A stretch of DNA of 64,000 bases from an uncultured Actinomycetes bacterium. Lineage in GTDB: Bacteria > Actinomycetota > Thermoleophilia > RBG-16-64-13. A model generated the notes under the pieces. The model saw only the letters and a program-made list of their open reading frames with translations, was not told the origin of the DNA and searched no databases. The stretch spans positions 1,504,576-1,568,575 of the forward strand of contig CAWFCL010000004.1 of NCBI GenBank assembly GCA_963814365.1. Reading direction: 5' to 3'. How positions within the stretch are numbered: the stretch's first letter is position 1; the number at the start of each line of letters is the position of its first letter. The position numbers and the translations under genes were made by a program. Positions 1 to 10,182 of this stretch are shown here, piece by piece.

Positions 1-96
1 GGGGGCACGGTACGTTCTGCCCCCCGATCGCATCGTCAAAGTGATTGAAAGCCGCCTGCCCGCCGCCACCCCCGACCCGCGGGAAGCCGCCTTCGT

Positions 97-1647
97 CTAG
101 ACCCGGTCCGTATTCTTTGCTGCGCCAGACTCTTCGACAAGACTCCTCAGGCTCGCAGCAAGGTCCTGCAGATGCGTGACCTCCTTCTCCACCTGACGGT
201 TGCCTGACACGGCCTGTGCTGTAGCGTCGTTTATGGACGCGATCGCCTGGGCGATCTGCTCCATGCCGGCCATCTGTTGTTGGACCGACGCCACGACCTG
301 CCGCGAAGCCTCGGCGTCATCGCCCGCCCCGTCGGCCACTCGCTGCATCACTTCTCCGGCCTCGACCGACCTCTGCCGGCCTTCTTCGACCGCCTCCCGG
401 CCATTGGCGGCCGCCCGGACGGCCACTTCGCTCGCCGTCTGCACTTCCCCCAGCATAGTGCGCACCTGCGACACCGCCTGCTTGGACTGCTCCGCCAGAT
501 TCTTCACCTCTTGAGCCACCACCGCAAAACCTTTTCCGTACTCACCGGCCTTGGCGGCCTCGATAGAGGCGTTCACAGAGAGCAGATTGGATTGCTCGGC
601 TAGGTCGTTGACCACGGCGATCACGTCACTCGCCGCGAGAGTGTGCTCGCTCAGTCTGTTGATCGCTTCGGACACCACGTCCATCTCGCCCTGCATCCGT
701 TCGATACCCAGAACGGTCTCTTCCGCCAGGTTCTTCGCGGAGCCTATGACTCCCACAGCCCCCTGCGCACCTTGGGCCGCCGATGACGCTTTCTCGTGCG
801 CCAGCACAGCCGTCTGCTTGACCTCTTCTACAGTGACAGTGGTCTCGTTGGTGGATGCAGCTGTCTGGGCCGCGCTTGCAGCCACCTGCGACGCCACGGC
901 CAGGATCTCCGCGGACGAACTACTCAGGCTCGCTATAGCGGTGCGCAGCTGGCGGCCCACATTCCGTGTCGTGACCATCGGGAGCAGTACTCCGGCCCCT
1001 AGCGCGAGAACCGCCACTACCGCCATCCCGATGACCATGCCGGTACCCATGGTGGAAAGATCGGCCGCCGACGCCTGCTCGTCGGTCCGCTTGAGGGCCT
1101 CATATGAGCGAACAGATTCATCAAACGCCTTGCCCGTGGGCACAACGACGCGCTCCAGGTCGCTGAGCGCTTGGTCCTGGTCGGTGGAGGCCAACTCGAT
1201 CAACCCGCTCAGCTCTTCGTGGTAGGTTTCCAGCGATATCTTCATCGTATCGAGTACCACGGAGTCGTTTGCGTCGCCAGCGTTGCTCTCGATCCCGATC
1301 ATGTAGTCTATGGCAGCCTCAGTGGCATCACACGCAGCCTCCAGCTCCGAGGCGTACCGCTGACGAAGCGCCTGGGAATCCGTGAGCAACGCGGCCCGCG
1401 TGATGTAGCCCATGGGCAGCGAAGCCTCACGTATCGCCCCCGCGCCGACCGTTTGAGCACGGGATGCGTCGTTGTGTTCACTGAAGCGCGAATCCAGCAC
1501 GTAGAGGCCACTGATGCCAAGAGCCGCCACCACCAGCACAAGCAGCACCAACCCTGCGTATCCCAGCAGCGTCCGCCTGACTATGGTCACTGTTGACTCC
1601 CCTCTCGCTTCCGCGACCCCCAGGCGACGCCTGGTCCGACTAGACAC
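97..1647 (-). CDS. methyl-accepting chemotaxis protein
   Basis: Intact 516-aa ORF. It has an N-terminal TM helix, a helical sensor region, a second TM plus HAMP, and the conserved MCP signalling hairpin (EQSNLLSVNASIEAAKAGEYGKGFAVVAQEVKNLAEQS). Confidence 0.93.
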   Translation of the reverse strand: MSSRTRRRLGVAEARGESTVTIVRRTLLGYAGLVLLVLVVAALGISGLYVLDSRFSEHNDASRAQTVGAGAIREASLPMGYITRAALLTDSQALRQRYASELEAACDATEAAIDYMIGIESNAGDANDSVVLDTMKISLETYHEELSGLIELASTDQDQALSDLERVVVPTGKAFDESVRSYEALKRTDEQASAADLSTMGTGMVIGMAVVAVLALGAGVLLPMVTTRNVGRQLRTAIASLSSSSAEILAVASQVAASAAQTAASTNETTVTVEEVKQTAVLAHEKASSAAQGAQGAVGVIGSAKNLAEETVLGIERMQGEMDVVSEAINRLSEHTLAASDVIAVVNDLAEQSNLLSVNASIEAAKAGEYGKGFAVVAQEVKNLAEQSKQAVSQVRTMLGEVQTASEVAVRAAANGREAVEEGRQRSVEAGEVMQRVADGAGDDAEASRQVVASVQQQMAGMEQIAQAIASINDATAQAVSGNRQVEKEVTHLQDLAASLRSLVEESGAAKNTDRV

Positions 1648-1705
1648 GCACAGCTTAGCTATCGGCCAGCAGACTATCGAACTTGATAGCTTTGAGCGAT
1701 GATTC

Positions 1706-2620
1706 CTAGTCCCGCAACCCCGCGATATGCCTTACCTGTGCAGCCAGATTCGCCATGTATGCAGCTTTCTCCTGCCGAATCCCGCCTTTGACGTCGTACT
1801 CGTCGTGGCCCAGTGTCTCCAGTGCGCGCTCGGTATCCCCATCCGTCGCGTCCAGGTAACGCTCTATCAGCTCGCGATGCTTGACCGTCTCAAAGGCCGA
1901 CAGTGCCAGGAACTCCGCAACGTCGTCCCCTGTCAGCACCCACCGGTGAGCCAGGCCGAGCACGCGCGGACGTATGGTCGCGATGCGCTCGATGGAGTCC
2001 AGATAGTCCTGGTAAGAAGACAGGAACTCCACCCGCACGTGTGGCGCCGGCTCTGCCTCCAACACCCCGCAGGCGTCACCCACGAACAGCACGTCGTCCT
2101 CCACAAGGTGGTAAGAGAGCGAATCCCGAGTGTGCCCCGGCGTCTCATACACCTTGCAGGTGAGGCCGCCCAGGTCCAGTTCGTCACCCTCCGCCAATCT
2201 GACATCCAGCTCCATTGGACCGAGCGAGAGATCCCCCTGCCCGACGGCCTGCTCGCGAAGCCGGGTGTGACTATCACTCAGCCGGTTCATCAAATCCAGC
2301 GCGCTGGGCTTCTGCAGCAGCTCCGCCAAGCGCTCATGACCCGCCAGCTTCAGGCCCCGCAGATGCGCCTTTAGATACGAAGCGGCACCCACATGATCGT
2401 AGTGAGAATGCGTTAACAACAGGTAGTCAAGACGGCCCTGATCACCAAGCAGACCGCGCAACGCGGCTAGATAGCGGGGGCCCAGCCAATTCAGCCCTGC
2501 ATCTATCATGAGCCACACCCTGCCGCCCTGGACAACGTAGCCCGGAAAGGCCACGCTGGCGATGGCGGTCACCCGCTGGTCGATGCGGCCCTCTGCGCTA
2601 AGTCTCATGTTGCTCCCCAT
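1706..2620 (-). CDS. MBL-fold metallo-hydrolase
   Basis: Intact 304-aa ORF with the HxHxDH metal motif (LLLTHSHYDHVGA) and the downstream His/Asp pattern typical of the beta-lactamase fold. Confidence 0.85.
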   Translation of the reverse strand: MGSNMRLSAEGRIDQRVTAIASVAFPGYVVQGGRVWLMIDAGLNWLGPRYLAALRGLLGDQGRLDYLLLTHSHYDHVGAASYLKAHLRGLKLAGHERLAELLQKPSALDLMNRLSDSHTRLREQAVGQGDLSLGPMELDVRLAEGDELDLGGLTCKVYETPGHTRDSLSYHLVEDDVLFVGDACGVLEAEPAPHVRVEFLSSYQDYLDSIERIATIRPRVLGLAHRWVLTGDDVAEFLALSAFETVKHRELIERYLDATDGDTERALETLGHDEYDVKGGIRQEKAAYMANLAAQVRHIAGLRD

Positions 2621-2701
2621 CTAGCCGGACACACCTCAAGAAGGATACACGACCGCCGTGCGCGCTCCGCTCCACCAGGCTAAAATCGGTGGGCAACGAC
2701 C

Positions 2702-3016
2702 GTGCCAATGCCGAGCAGAGAGGAGCCCTACGTGCCCGTCAACCTCTCTATCAAGAACGTTCCCGATGACGTCGCCCGCGGACTGCATAATCGCGCGGCC
2801 GCCAACGGCCGAACGTTCAATGCAGAACTACTGGACATCTTGAGACAGGCCGCCAAGGGCCAGTCCGATGTGAGCATCGACACGCTTCTCGAACACGCAC
2901 AACGCCCAAAGGCCGCCCTAGACGAGACCACCTCCAAAGTGCTCGCGGCCCAGGACGCCAAGCACGAAGAGACCGTCAAGAAGTTTGAAGACCTGCTAGG
3001 CAACCCCAAAGACTAG
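2702..3016 (+). CDS. ribbon-helix-helix (Arc/FitA-like) DNA-binding protein
   Basis: 104-aa ORF. The N-terminal segment VNLSIKNVPDDVARGLHNRAAANGRTFNAELLDILRQA matches the beta-strand/helix/helix pattern of FitA/Arc-type antitoxins. The true start may be the GTG at 2732. No toxin gene lies next to it. Confidence 0.55.
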   Translation: MPMPSREEPYVPVNLSIKNVPDDVARGLHNRAAANGRTFNAELLDILRQAAKGQSDVSIDTLLEHAQRPKAALDETTSKVLAAQDAKHEETVKKFEDLLGNPKD

Positions 3017-3042
3017 CCCTTCCGGGCAAAGGAGGCGACCAC

Positions 3043-3645
3043 ATGAGCGACTGGTCTATGGCCGGCAAGCCGGCTCTGCTGATAGTCCACATGCAGAACT
3101 CTCTGTGCAAGGTGGGCGGGAGTCTGGAGGGTATGGGTCACTGCAAGGCGCTCCGCGAGGCCGGCATCATCCCCAATATCCAGGCCCTGCAGCAGGCTTT
3201 TCGCGCCCGAGACCTACCCGTGGTCTTCGTCGTCGCCCAGCACCCCAAGGAGTTCCACGTACCGTCCTACGGCCCCTTCTGGCCGGCAGCACGCGACATG
3301 GGAGTCAACCTCGAAGACACCGAGGACGTGCAGATCATCGAAGAGCTTTCGCCCTCCTCCGACGAGAAGGTGTTCTACAACTGGCCTTTTGACGTCTTCC
3401 GCGGGAACGAGCTGGAGAAGTACCTGCGTGATCTTGGTGTAGAGACTGTGGTCCTGACCGGAGTGGCCACCGGCATGGCCGTCGGCCACGCGTCGTTCAG
3501 CCTGGCCGACCGGCTGTTCAGCCTGATCGTGCCTTCCGATACCTGCGCGGACGAGCGCGCGGTCCTGCACAAGGCCGTGCTGGAGCAAATGCTGCCGCCC
3601 ATCGGGCTGATAACCACAGCCCAGGACGTTATCGCGCACCTCTAG
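3043..3645 (+). CDS. isochorismatase-family (cysteine-hydrolase fold) protein with an atypical active site
   Basis: Intact 200-aa ORF with the family layout (ALLIVHMQN...VFYNW...VVLTGVATGMAVGHA). By eye, the usual Asp/Lys/Cys positions read His/Asn/Ala. Confidence 0.7.
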   Translation: MSDWSMAGKPALLIVHMQNSLCKVGGSLEGMGHCKALREAGIIPNIQALQQAFRARDLPVVFVVAQHPKEFHVPSYGPFWPAARDMGVNLEDTEDVQIIEELSPSSDEKVFYNWPFDVFRGNELEKYLRDLGVETVVLTGVATGMAVGHASFSLADRLFSLIVPSDTCADERAVLHKAVLEQMLPPIGLITTAQDVIAHL

Positions 3646-3646
3646 C

Positions 3647-4033
3647 ATGCAGGCCCGCGTGGAACATGTCGCCATCTGGGTGCAAGACCTGGAGATGATG
3701 CGTGCCTTCTACGCCCAGGCCTTTGCTGGGACCTGCACCGCGCTCTACGAGAACCCCTCCACGGGGTTCAGGTCGTACTTTGTCTCTCTTGACGAAGGTG
3801 CACGGCTGGAGTTGATGCACTTGCCGGATATGGCTGCCCAAACCCCCTATCCCCACATAGGACTCGCCCATTTGGCGCTGGCGCTAGGTAGTCGAGATGC
3901 AGTGGATACCATGGTGGTCACCCTGCTTAACAAGGGTGCATCCATCGCCTCGATGCCCCGGGTGACCGGCGACGGCTACTACGAAGCGGTGATTCTGGAC
4001 CCCGAGGGCAATCGGGTGGAACTCACCGTCTAG
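3647..4033 (+). CDS. VOC/glyoxalase-family protein
   Basis: Intact 128-aa ORF starting 1 nt after the upstream stop. It shows the VEHVAIWVQDLE beta-alpha-beta-beta-beta start and the C-terminal DPEGNRVEL motif typical of glyoxalase I/VOC proteins. Confidence 0.8.
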   Translation: MQARVEHVAIWVQDLEMMRAFYAQAFAGTCTALYENPSTGFRSYFVSLDEGARLELMHLPDMAAQTPYPHIGLAHLALALGSRDAVDTMVVTLLNKGASIASMPRVTGDGYYEAVILDPEGNRVELTV

Positions 4034-4283
4034 CTCCCCTGCGTCACTCCGGTACCGCGGCCCAGTAAACGCGATTAGAGATTGTAAGTGACGGGTAAAT
4101 AATGGCTCGGTGTACTACTCGTCACCAGTTCATCTTCTGCGTGCACAGTCAATGAGAGTTCTTGCTTTGTTGACCTGCGAAAGGGGGTGAGATTCGATCA
4201 ATCCTATCGCAGCACCGTACAAGGCTTCGGAAACTGTCGATTCCATTCCAACCGTATCTGCACAACGGAGAGGGGTGCGAACA

Positions 4284-5432
4284 ATGTCTCTTAAGAAGAG
4301 TCGTTTCTGGATCGTGATCGCCCTTTTACTTTCTCTGGTGTTGGCCGTTGCCGCTATCGGATGTGGCGAAGAGACGACGCCAACGACAGCAGCCGGTGGC
4401 GGCGGTGGTGGCGACCAGGAATTCTCCGTCGGTGTCGTACTGCCCACCAAGGATGAGCCGCGGTGGCTGCAGGACGAGACCCGCTTCGTGGATGCCTTCG
4501 CCGAGGCGGGCTACAACGTACAGATCCTGTTCAGCCAGAACGATTCCGCTATCGAGAAGCAGAACGTCGAATCGCTGATCGCTCAGGGCATCGACGTCCT
4601 AGTGATCTGCCCGTTCGATGGCGCGGCGGCCGCAGCGTCCGCTGAAGCAGCACGAGATGCAGGCGTCAAAGTCATCTCCTACGACCGCCTGATCCTTGAT
4701 ACCGATGCGGTCGACTACTACGTCACCTTCGATAGCATCAAGGTCGGCGAAGCCCAAGCGCAGTATCTGGTCGACAAGGCCACTGGTACCGGCAACCCGC
4801 TGTACCTGTATGCCGGAGGAGACTTCGACAACAACGCCTTCCTGTTCTTCCAGGGCGCTTGGAACGTCCTGCAGCCCAAGATCGCAGACGGCACGTTCGT
4901 GGTTGCCAACTCCGACCAGGCCGTCGCCTTGAAAGACAAGATGGACCTGACCCGCGATGAGCAGGCCGACATCATCGGCCAGACCACCACTGACTGGAAG
5001 TTCGATGTGGCCAAGAGCCTGGCCGAGTCCAACCTCACCGCAGCTCCGACCAGCATGAAGGGCAACGTCTTTATACTCGCCCCCAACGATGGTACCTCCC
5101 GGTCCATCGCCGACGTGTTCGCGGCTGACGCCGACGTGACCAGTTACGTGATCACCGGTCAGGACGCCGAGAAAGAGTCGGTGCAGTACATCATCGACGG
5201 TAAGCAGTCGATGACCGTCCTGAAGGACGTGCGCACCCTGGTGGCTGACGCCATCGCAGCCGCGCTCGCCTTCTTGGAGGGCAACACGCCCGAGGAGACC
5301 GCGACCTACAACAACGGGGTGATCGACGTGCCGGCGAAGCCGTCCGTGGTCATCACCGTCGACCAGGCCAACGTGAAGGAGGCCATAATCGACTCCGGCT
5401 ACTACGAAGCCAGCGACTTCACAGGTCTGTAA
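4284..5432 (+). CDS. sugar ABC transporter substrate-binding lipoprotein (CUT2, ChvE/XylF-like)
   Basis: The ORF track starts at GTG 4275, but ATG 4284 has better spacing from the RBS GGAGAGGGG. It has a signal peptide with lipobox (AAIGCG) and a periplasmic-binding type I pattern (FSVGVVLPTKDEPRW...ISYDRLI). Confidence 0.85.
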   Translation: MSLKKSRFWIVIALLLSLVLAVAAIGCGEETTPTTAAGGGGGGDQEFSVGVVLPTKDEPRWLQDETRFVDAFAEAGYNVQILFSQNDSAIEKQNVESLIAQGIDVLVICPFDGAAAAASAEAARDAGVKVISYDRLILDTDAVDYYVTFDSIKVGEAQAQYLVDKATGTGNPLYLYAGGDFDNNAFLFFQGAWNVLQPKIADGTFVVANSDQAVALKDKMDLTRDEQADIIGQTTTDWKFDVAKSLAESNLTAAPTSMKGNVFILAPNDGTSRSIADVFAADADVTSYVITGQDAEKESVQYIIDGKQSMTVLKDVRTLVADAIAAALAFLEGNTPEETATYNNGVIDVPAKPSVVITVDQANVKEAIIDSGYYEASDFTGL

Positions 5433-5520
5433 GATCTAGCTCTCTTGACTGCAGGGATCGTGTCGGGCTTGCCCGAGCGGTTCCTGCAGCCCTATACTGT
5501 GCCAAGAACAGGTAGGTGTA

Positions 5521-6306
5521 ATGGCAAAGAGCACCCCCGTCGTCCAGATGAGCGGCATCCAGAAGCGGTTCGCTGCCGTTGAGGCCTTGCGCGGAGTGGA
5601 CCTGGAGTTGCAGCGCGGCGAGGTTCTCGGACTGGTGGGCGATAACGCTGCCGGCAAGTCTACCTTGATGAAGGTGCTCAGTGGCGCCTACATCCCCGAG
5701 AACGGCGAGATCCACATAGAGGGCAAAAGGGTGCACTTCACCAGTCCCCTGCATGCGAGGCGCTTGGGTGTAGAGATGGTCTACCAAGACTTGGCCCTGG
5801 CCAACAACCTCGACATCACCGGTAATGTCTTCATGGGGCGCGAGTTGATCTCGTTCGGCATCGGACGCTTTGGCGTGCTTGACAAGCACAAGATGGAACA
5901 GGAGTCCATCCGCCTGCTTGACCGCCTCAAGATCAACATCCCCTCGGTACGGCAGTTGGTCGAGAGGCTGTCCGGTGGTCAGCGCCAGGCGGTAGCCATC
6001 GCCCGAGCCATGGCCTTCAACGCCAAGGTCATCATCATGGACGAGCCGACCGCGGCCCTAAGCGTTGCCGCCATCAGCCAGGTGCTCGAACTGATCCGCC
6101 AGCTCAAGTCGCAAGGTGCATCTGTGATCGTAATCAGCCACCGTCTCGAGGACATCCACAGCGTGTGCGACCGACTGATCGTCATGCGGACAGGGCGTAA
6201 GGTCCACGACGGCCCCATTGCCAAGGACCTCGATGAGTTTCGAAGGGGCGTAGTGGCCTATATGATCGGCGCGCGCGATGACTTCGGCGAAGCGGGAGCC
6301 GCCTGA
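5521..6306 (+). CDS. sugar ABC transporter ATP-binding protein (single NBD)
   Basis: Intact 261-aa ORF with Walker A (GDNAAGKST), signature (LSGGQRQ) and Walker B (IIIMDEPT). It has one NBD rather than the tandem NBD usual for CUT2 systems. Confidence 0.9.
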   Translation: MAKSTPVVQMSGIQKRFAAVEALRGVDLELQRGEVLGLVGDNAAGKSTLMKVLSGAYIPENGEIHIEGKRVHFTSPLHARRLGVEMVYQDLALANNLDITGNVFMGRELISFGIGRFGVLDKHKMEQESIRLLDRLKINIPSVRQLVERLSGGQRQAVAIARAMAFNAKVIIMDEPTAALSVAAISQVLELIRQLKSQGASVIVISHRLEDIHSVCDRLIVMRTGRKVHDGPIAKDLDEFRRGVVAYMIGARDDFGEAGAA

Positions 6307-7511
6307 TGCCCGAACAGCGCTCCTTAGCCGACAAGATGCGCGCAGGCATGTCGCGCATATCGACCGGCAACATCCGGGACTACGGCATGTACTTCGCGTT
6401 CGCGCTGATCATCCTGGTGTTCTCGATCACCACCAAAGGGCTTTTCGTCTCGGCCAGAAACATCGGAGACCTGATCAACGGTAGCGCCTATATCGCCGTC
6501 CTGGCGGTCGGCATGACCATGGTCATTGTCATACGTCACATCGACCTGTCTGTCGGGTTCCTGAGTGGAGCTCTCGGCGCGGTCGCTGCTCTAGCCTTGC
6601 GGTACTGGGGTGTGCCAATCTGGGCAGCCATCATCTTGGTGTTGGCCCTCGGAGTCGCGGCTGGAGCGGTCACCGGCTTCCTAGTGGCCAAGGTACACAT
6701 ACCCGCCTTTGTAGCCACTCTTGGTGGTTGGCTTCTCTATAAGGGCGTGCAACAACTCCTCACACGGAGCACCGGCACGATCGTGATCCAGCAAGACACC
6801 TACAAGGCGCTGGGCCAAGGTTTCGTGCCCGACTTTCTGCCAGGCCAAGGTGTGTATGGGTGGCATAAGCTCACTCTCATACTCGGCGCATTGGCAATAG
6901 GCCTCTTCTTGTTCAACGAGTGCCGGAAGCGAACCAAGGATCGAGCCTATGGTACCGAGGTGGTCCCTCTCGGCATCTTTGCGGTCAAGCTTGTATTCAT
7001 AGCGGCCGTCATAGGCACCATCGCCTGGCTGCTTGCCCGCTACCGGGGTCTCTCGTGGGCAGAGGCCATCTTGATACTGGTGGTCATCATCTACGCGTTC
7101 ATCACCACGAAGACCACTACCGGAAGACACATCTACGCGGTGGGCGGCAATCCCGAAGCGGCCCAGCTCAACGGCATCAGCGTAAGCAAAATAACCTTCT
7201 TAGTCTTCTGCTCGATGGGCATGCTCACAGGCCTGTCCGGGGTGCTCTACTCCTCCTGGCTCGGCGCCGGCAGTACCACCGCCGGTACAGGTGTGGAGTT
7301 GGACGCCATCGCCGCCGCTTTCGTAGGCGGTGCCGCCGTAGCCGGGGGCGTGGGCAAGGTCACAGGGGCCGTGATCGGAGCCCTGGTGATGGCCTCTCTG
7401 ACCAAAGGCATGCAGCTGATGACCGTCGACATCTCGATCCAGTACATCGTTCGCGCCCTTGTCCTGGTCGCTGCGGTGGTCTTTGACGTCACCACTCGCA
7501 AGAAGAGGTAG
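6306..7511 (+). CDS. sugar ABC transporter permease (XylH/GguB-like)
   Basis: Intact 401-aa polytopic membrane ORF whose start overlaps the ATPase stop. It carries the conserved GRHIYAVGGNPEAA loop of CUT2 permeases. Confidence 0.85.
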   Translation: MPEQRSLADKMRAGMSRISTGNIRDYGMYFAFALIILVFSITTKGLFVSARNIGDLINGSAYIAVLAVGMTMVIVIRHIDLSVGFLSGALGAVAALALRYWGVPIWAAIILVLALGVAAGAVTGFLVAKVHIPAFVATLGGWLLYKGVQQLLTRSTGTIVIQQDTYKALGQGFVPDFLPGQGVYGWHKLTLILGALAIGLFLFNECRKRTKDRAYGTEVVPLGIFAVKLVFIAAVIGTIAWLLARYRGLSWAEAILILVVIIYAFITTKTTTGRHIYAVGGNPEAAQLNGISVSKITFLVFCSMGMLTGLSGVLYSSWLGAGSTTAGTGVELDAIAAAFVGGAAVAGGVGKVTGAVIGALVMASLTKGMQLMTVDISIQYIVRALVLVAAVVFDVTTRKKR

Positions 7512-7544
7512 TCCCGCCCAGCACGGCTCGGCCGCTGCAGACTA

Positions 7545-8688
7545 TTACAGCCCCAAGCCCCGAGCGATGACCAACCTGATCACCTCCGAGGTGCCTTCGC
7601 CTATCTCAAGGAGTTTGGCATCGCGAAGATAGCGCTCCACCGGGAACTCCCTCATGTATCCGTAGCCGCCGTGGATCTGGATGGCTTCTAGGGCCGCCTT
7701 GGTAGCCATCTCTGAGCCGAAGAGCTTGGCGTAGTTGGCTTCCTTGGAGTAGGGCTTGCCTTGGTCCTTGAGCCACGCGGCCTTTAGATACATCAAGCGT
7801 GCCAGCTCGATGTTCATCGCGATATCGGCCAGCTTGAACTGGATGGCCTGAAACTTGCCGATGGGCTGACCGAACTGCTCCCGCTCTTTGGCGTACTTCA
7901 GCGCAGCGTCCAGAGCAGCCTTGAGCGATACCGACAGCCCATCGCGCCGATGGCGATGCGACCACCGTCCAGCACTACCAGGAACTGCTTGAAGCCCTCG
8001 CCCCGTCTTGCCCACCAGATTCTTCTCGGGCACGCGGACGTTGTCGAAGGTCAGCTCAGTGGTATTGCTCCCATGCAGACCCAGCTTCTCGTAGCCGGCC
8101 TTGATAGTGAATCCAGGCGCGTCGGTAGGCACGATGATGTCGCTGATGCCCTTGGTGCCCTTCCCCTTGTCGGTCATGGCCGTGATGGTCACGAACTTGG
8201 CGTAGCTGGCGTTGGTGATGAAGCACTTGCCGCCGTTGATGACCCACTCGCCGTCCTCCAGCACCGCCGTGGTCTTGGTGCCACCTGCGTCGGACCCGGC
8301 CTCCGGCTCGGTGAGGCCGAAGGAGCCGATGCTCTCCCCGCTGCAGAGCTTGGGCAGGTACTCCTTCTTCTGCTCCTCGGTGCCGAACAGGTAGATGGGC
8401 ATGCAGCCCAGCGAGATATGGGCCTCGTAGGTGATGCCGGTGGAGGCGCAGACTCGGGTGATCTCTTCCAAGGGCGAGGCAGTAGCTGGTGTAGTCGGCC
8501 CCAGAGCCCCCGTACTCCTCGGGAATGGGTAGACCCATCAGCCCCAAGTCCGCCATCTTCTTGACGATGTCCTCGGGGAACGCGCTCTGGGCATCTATCT
8601 CCGCCGCCCTCGGCGCTATCTCCTGGTCGGCGAAGTCCTTCACCGTGTCCCGAATAAGTTGCTGGTCTTTAGTCAGTTCGAAGTCCAC
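7545..8688 (-). pseudogene. acyl-CoA dehydrogenase, frameshifted as assembled
   Basis: The N-terminus (MDFELTKDQQLIRDTVKDFADQEIAPRAAEID) is in ORF 8056..8688 and the rest is in ORF 7545..8471. One indel lies near 8465. A compensating indel pair lies at about 7936 and 8004, and between them the alternate frame reads the conserved FKQFLVVLDGGRIAIGAMG. Confidence 0.85.
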
Positions 8689-8723
8689 TTATGTCCCGCC
8701 TTATTCACTTGGTGTTCGGCAAG

Positions 8724-9231
8724 TTAGGATACCGCGCCTCCCCAGCGGCCGAAAGATATCTTGCCCAGCAGATGATCCATACTGTTGCCCACCAGATTGC
8801 CCCAGCGCATCATCCGCATGTAGATCTCCATCGCCTCAGTCTTCTCTGTGCCATAGGTATCCTCGACGCGCTTGCGCACCTCGGCGTCCGGGTCTCCGTC
8901 ACTTTCGGCCCAATGTTGGGCATAGAGAACGGCGGCTACTTGGTCCTCCGGCGCCCCCTCCAGTTCACCCGCCATGAGCGTCTGTATCTCGGCCTCAGTC
9001 AGCCCTGCGGATAGGGCCATGCGTGCGTGCGCGTACGCGCAGTGCCGGCAGCGATTCACCTCGGTGACAGTGAGCATCAGCCGTTCGCGAAAGGCAGCGT
9101 CAAGCAGTGTGCTGCCCCTGAGCACCCGCAGGCGTCTCAGATCGCGCAGAAGCCGTGCTGAATGTCCCGGAAAAAGGCAGAAGGTCCATGGTAGTAGCGC
9201 TTTTCCATGCTGGTAGAATACCTTCCACACG
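8724..9231 (-). CDS. carboxymuconolactone decarboxylase / AhpD-like family protein
   Basis: The C-terminal 170 aa of ORF 8724..9431 carry the AhpD-like CxxC motif (EVNRCRHCAYAHARMAL). I placed the start at GTG 9231 so that the gene does not overlap divergent porC. The start is uncertain. Confidence 0.65.
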
Positions 9232-9258
9232 AGAACTAGTGACGGATGGGGATATCTG

Positions 9259-9875
9259 GTGCTGCAGATCAGATGGCATGGACGCGGAGGACAAGGCGCC
9301 ATAACGGCTGCCAAGATCTTCGCTACCGCCGCCTTCAAATCTGGATACGCAGGGGTCGTCATGGCCCCCACGTTCGGCACCGAGCGCCGAGGCGCCCCCG
9401 TCTTCACGTCGCTCAAGCTGGACAAGACCAAGATCTACGACATCTCCCCGATCGAGACCCCCGATGTGGTGGTGGTACTCGACCACCTGCTGCTGACCGA
9501 AGCCGATGTGACGGCGGGTCTCAAGCCGAGCGGTCTGATAGTGCTGAATACGCCCATGCCCGCTGACTCGTATGATTTCGGTGACGCGGCGCCTGGCGGT
9601 GGCCGACGTCACCAGCCTGGCTGTGGAGGCCGGTCTGCCTCGCGGAGTGGTGAACTCAGGCATCCTTGGATCAGTATGCCGCGCTCTCGATCTGGTGCCC
9701 TCTGAAGCTACTGGTCGCCGAGACCGAGGCCGAGTTCAAGACGAAACGACCACAGGCCAACGCGGCCGCCGCCAAGCTGGCCTACGACAGGACCGTCGTC
9801 ACCGACCCCGCGAGTGCCGGAGAAGGACGCGCCGCGCAAGAGCGCGGCGCGCGCAGAAAGGCGAGCGTCGCCTGA
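9259..9875 (+). pseudogene. porC: 2-oxoacid:ferredoxin oxidoreductase gamma subunit, frameshifted
   Basis: The N-terminus MLQIRWHGRGGQGAITAAKIFATAAF is the typical gamma-subunit start. The reading frame has to be followed through three ORF-track fragments (9259.., 9572.., 9666..9875). Confidence 0.8.
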
Positions 9876-10180
9876 TGGGTACCCGCGGCTACCGATACAA
9901 GACCTCCCACAGCTTGTCTGGCCCTGGCGATGGCGGCCGCACGGGTTCCTGGCGTGTGCAGCGCCCGGTGATAGACCTCAGTAAGTGCACCCCCGCCAAA
10001 CGCGGAAGCGAGGCCTGCTTCATCTGCTGGCTCTACTGCCCCGACTGCACGATCTCGCGGACCATACCGCCGACGATCGACTACGAGTACTGCAAGGGCT
10101 GCGGCATATGCGCCGAAGAGTGCCCGACCAAAGCCATCACCATGATCGACGAGTCTGCGGACGCTCGTCGCGCCCGCCGA
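9875..10180 (+). CDS. porD: 2-oxoacid:ferredoxin oxidoreductase delta subunit (2x[4Fe-4S])
   Basis: ATG 9875 overlaps the gamma-subunit stop (TGATG). It carries the motifs CFICWLYCPDC and CKGCGICAEECP. The 3' end is approximate because no in-frame stop precedes the alpha subunit. Confidence 0.72.
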
Positions 10181-10182
10181 CG

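Noticed and set aside
1-25. The hairpin GGGGGCA-N10-TGCCCCC at the window start as a terminator for the MCP gene.
   Set aside because: The stem is only 7 bp, it lies about 70 nt from the stop, it has no T-run, and it is truncated by the window edge. It is too weak to call.
551-1225. Long ORFs antisense to well-supported genes. Examples are 551..1225, 33545..34498, 39855..40667, 47010..47963, 49741..50715 and 55043..55942.
   Set aside because: These are typical shadow ORFs of high-GC DNA. They are Arg/Ala/Pro/Gly-rich low-complexity translations with no recognisable motifs, and each lies entirely inside a gene with strong family signatures on the other strand.
2702-3645. The RHH gene plus its downstream gene as a type II toxin-antitoxin pair.
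   Set aside because: The downstream gene has an isochorismatase (cysteine-hydrolase) fold and is 200 aa long. It is not a PIN, RelE, MazF, Doc or other known toxin fold, and nothing else supports toxicity.
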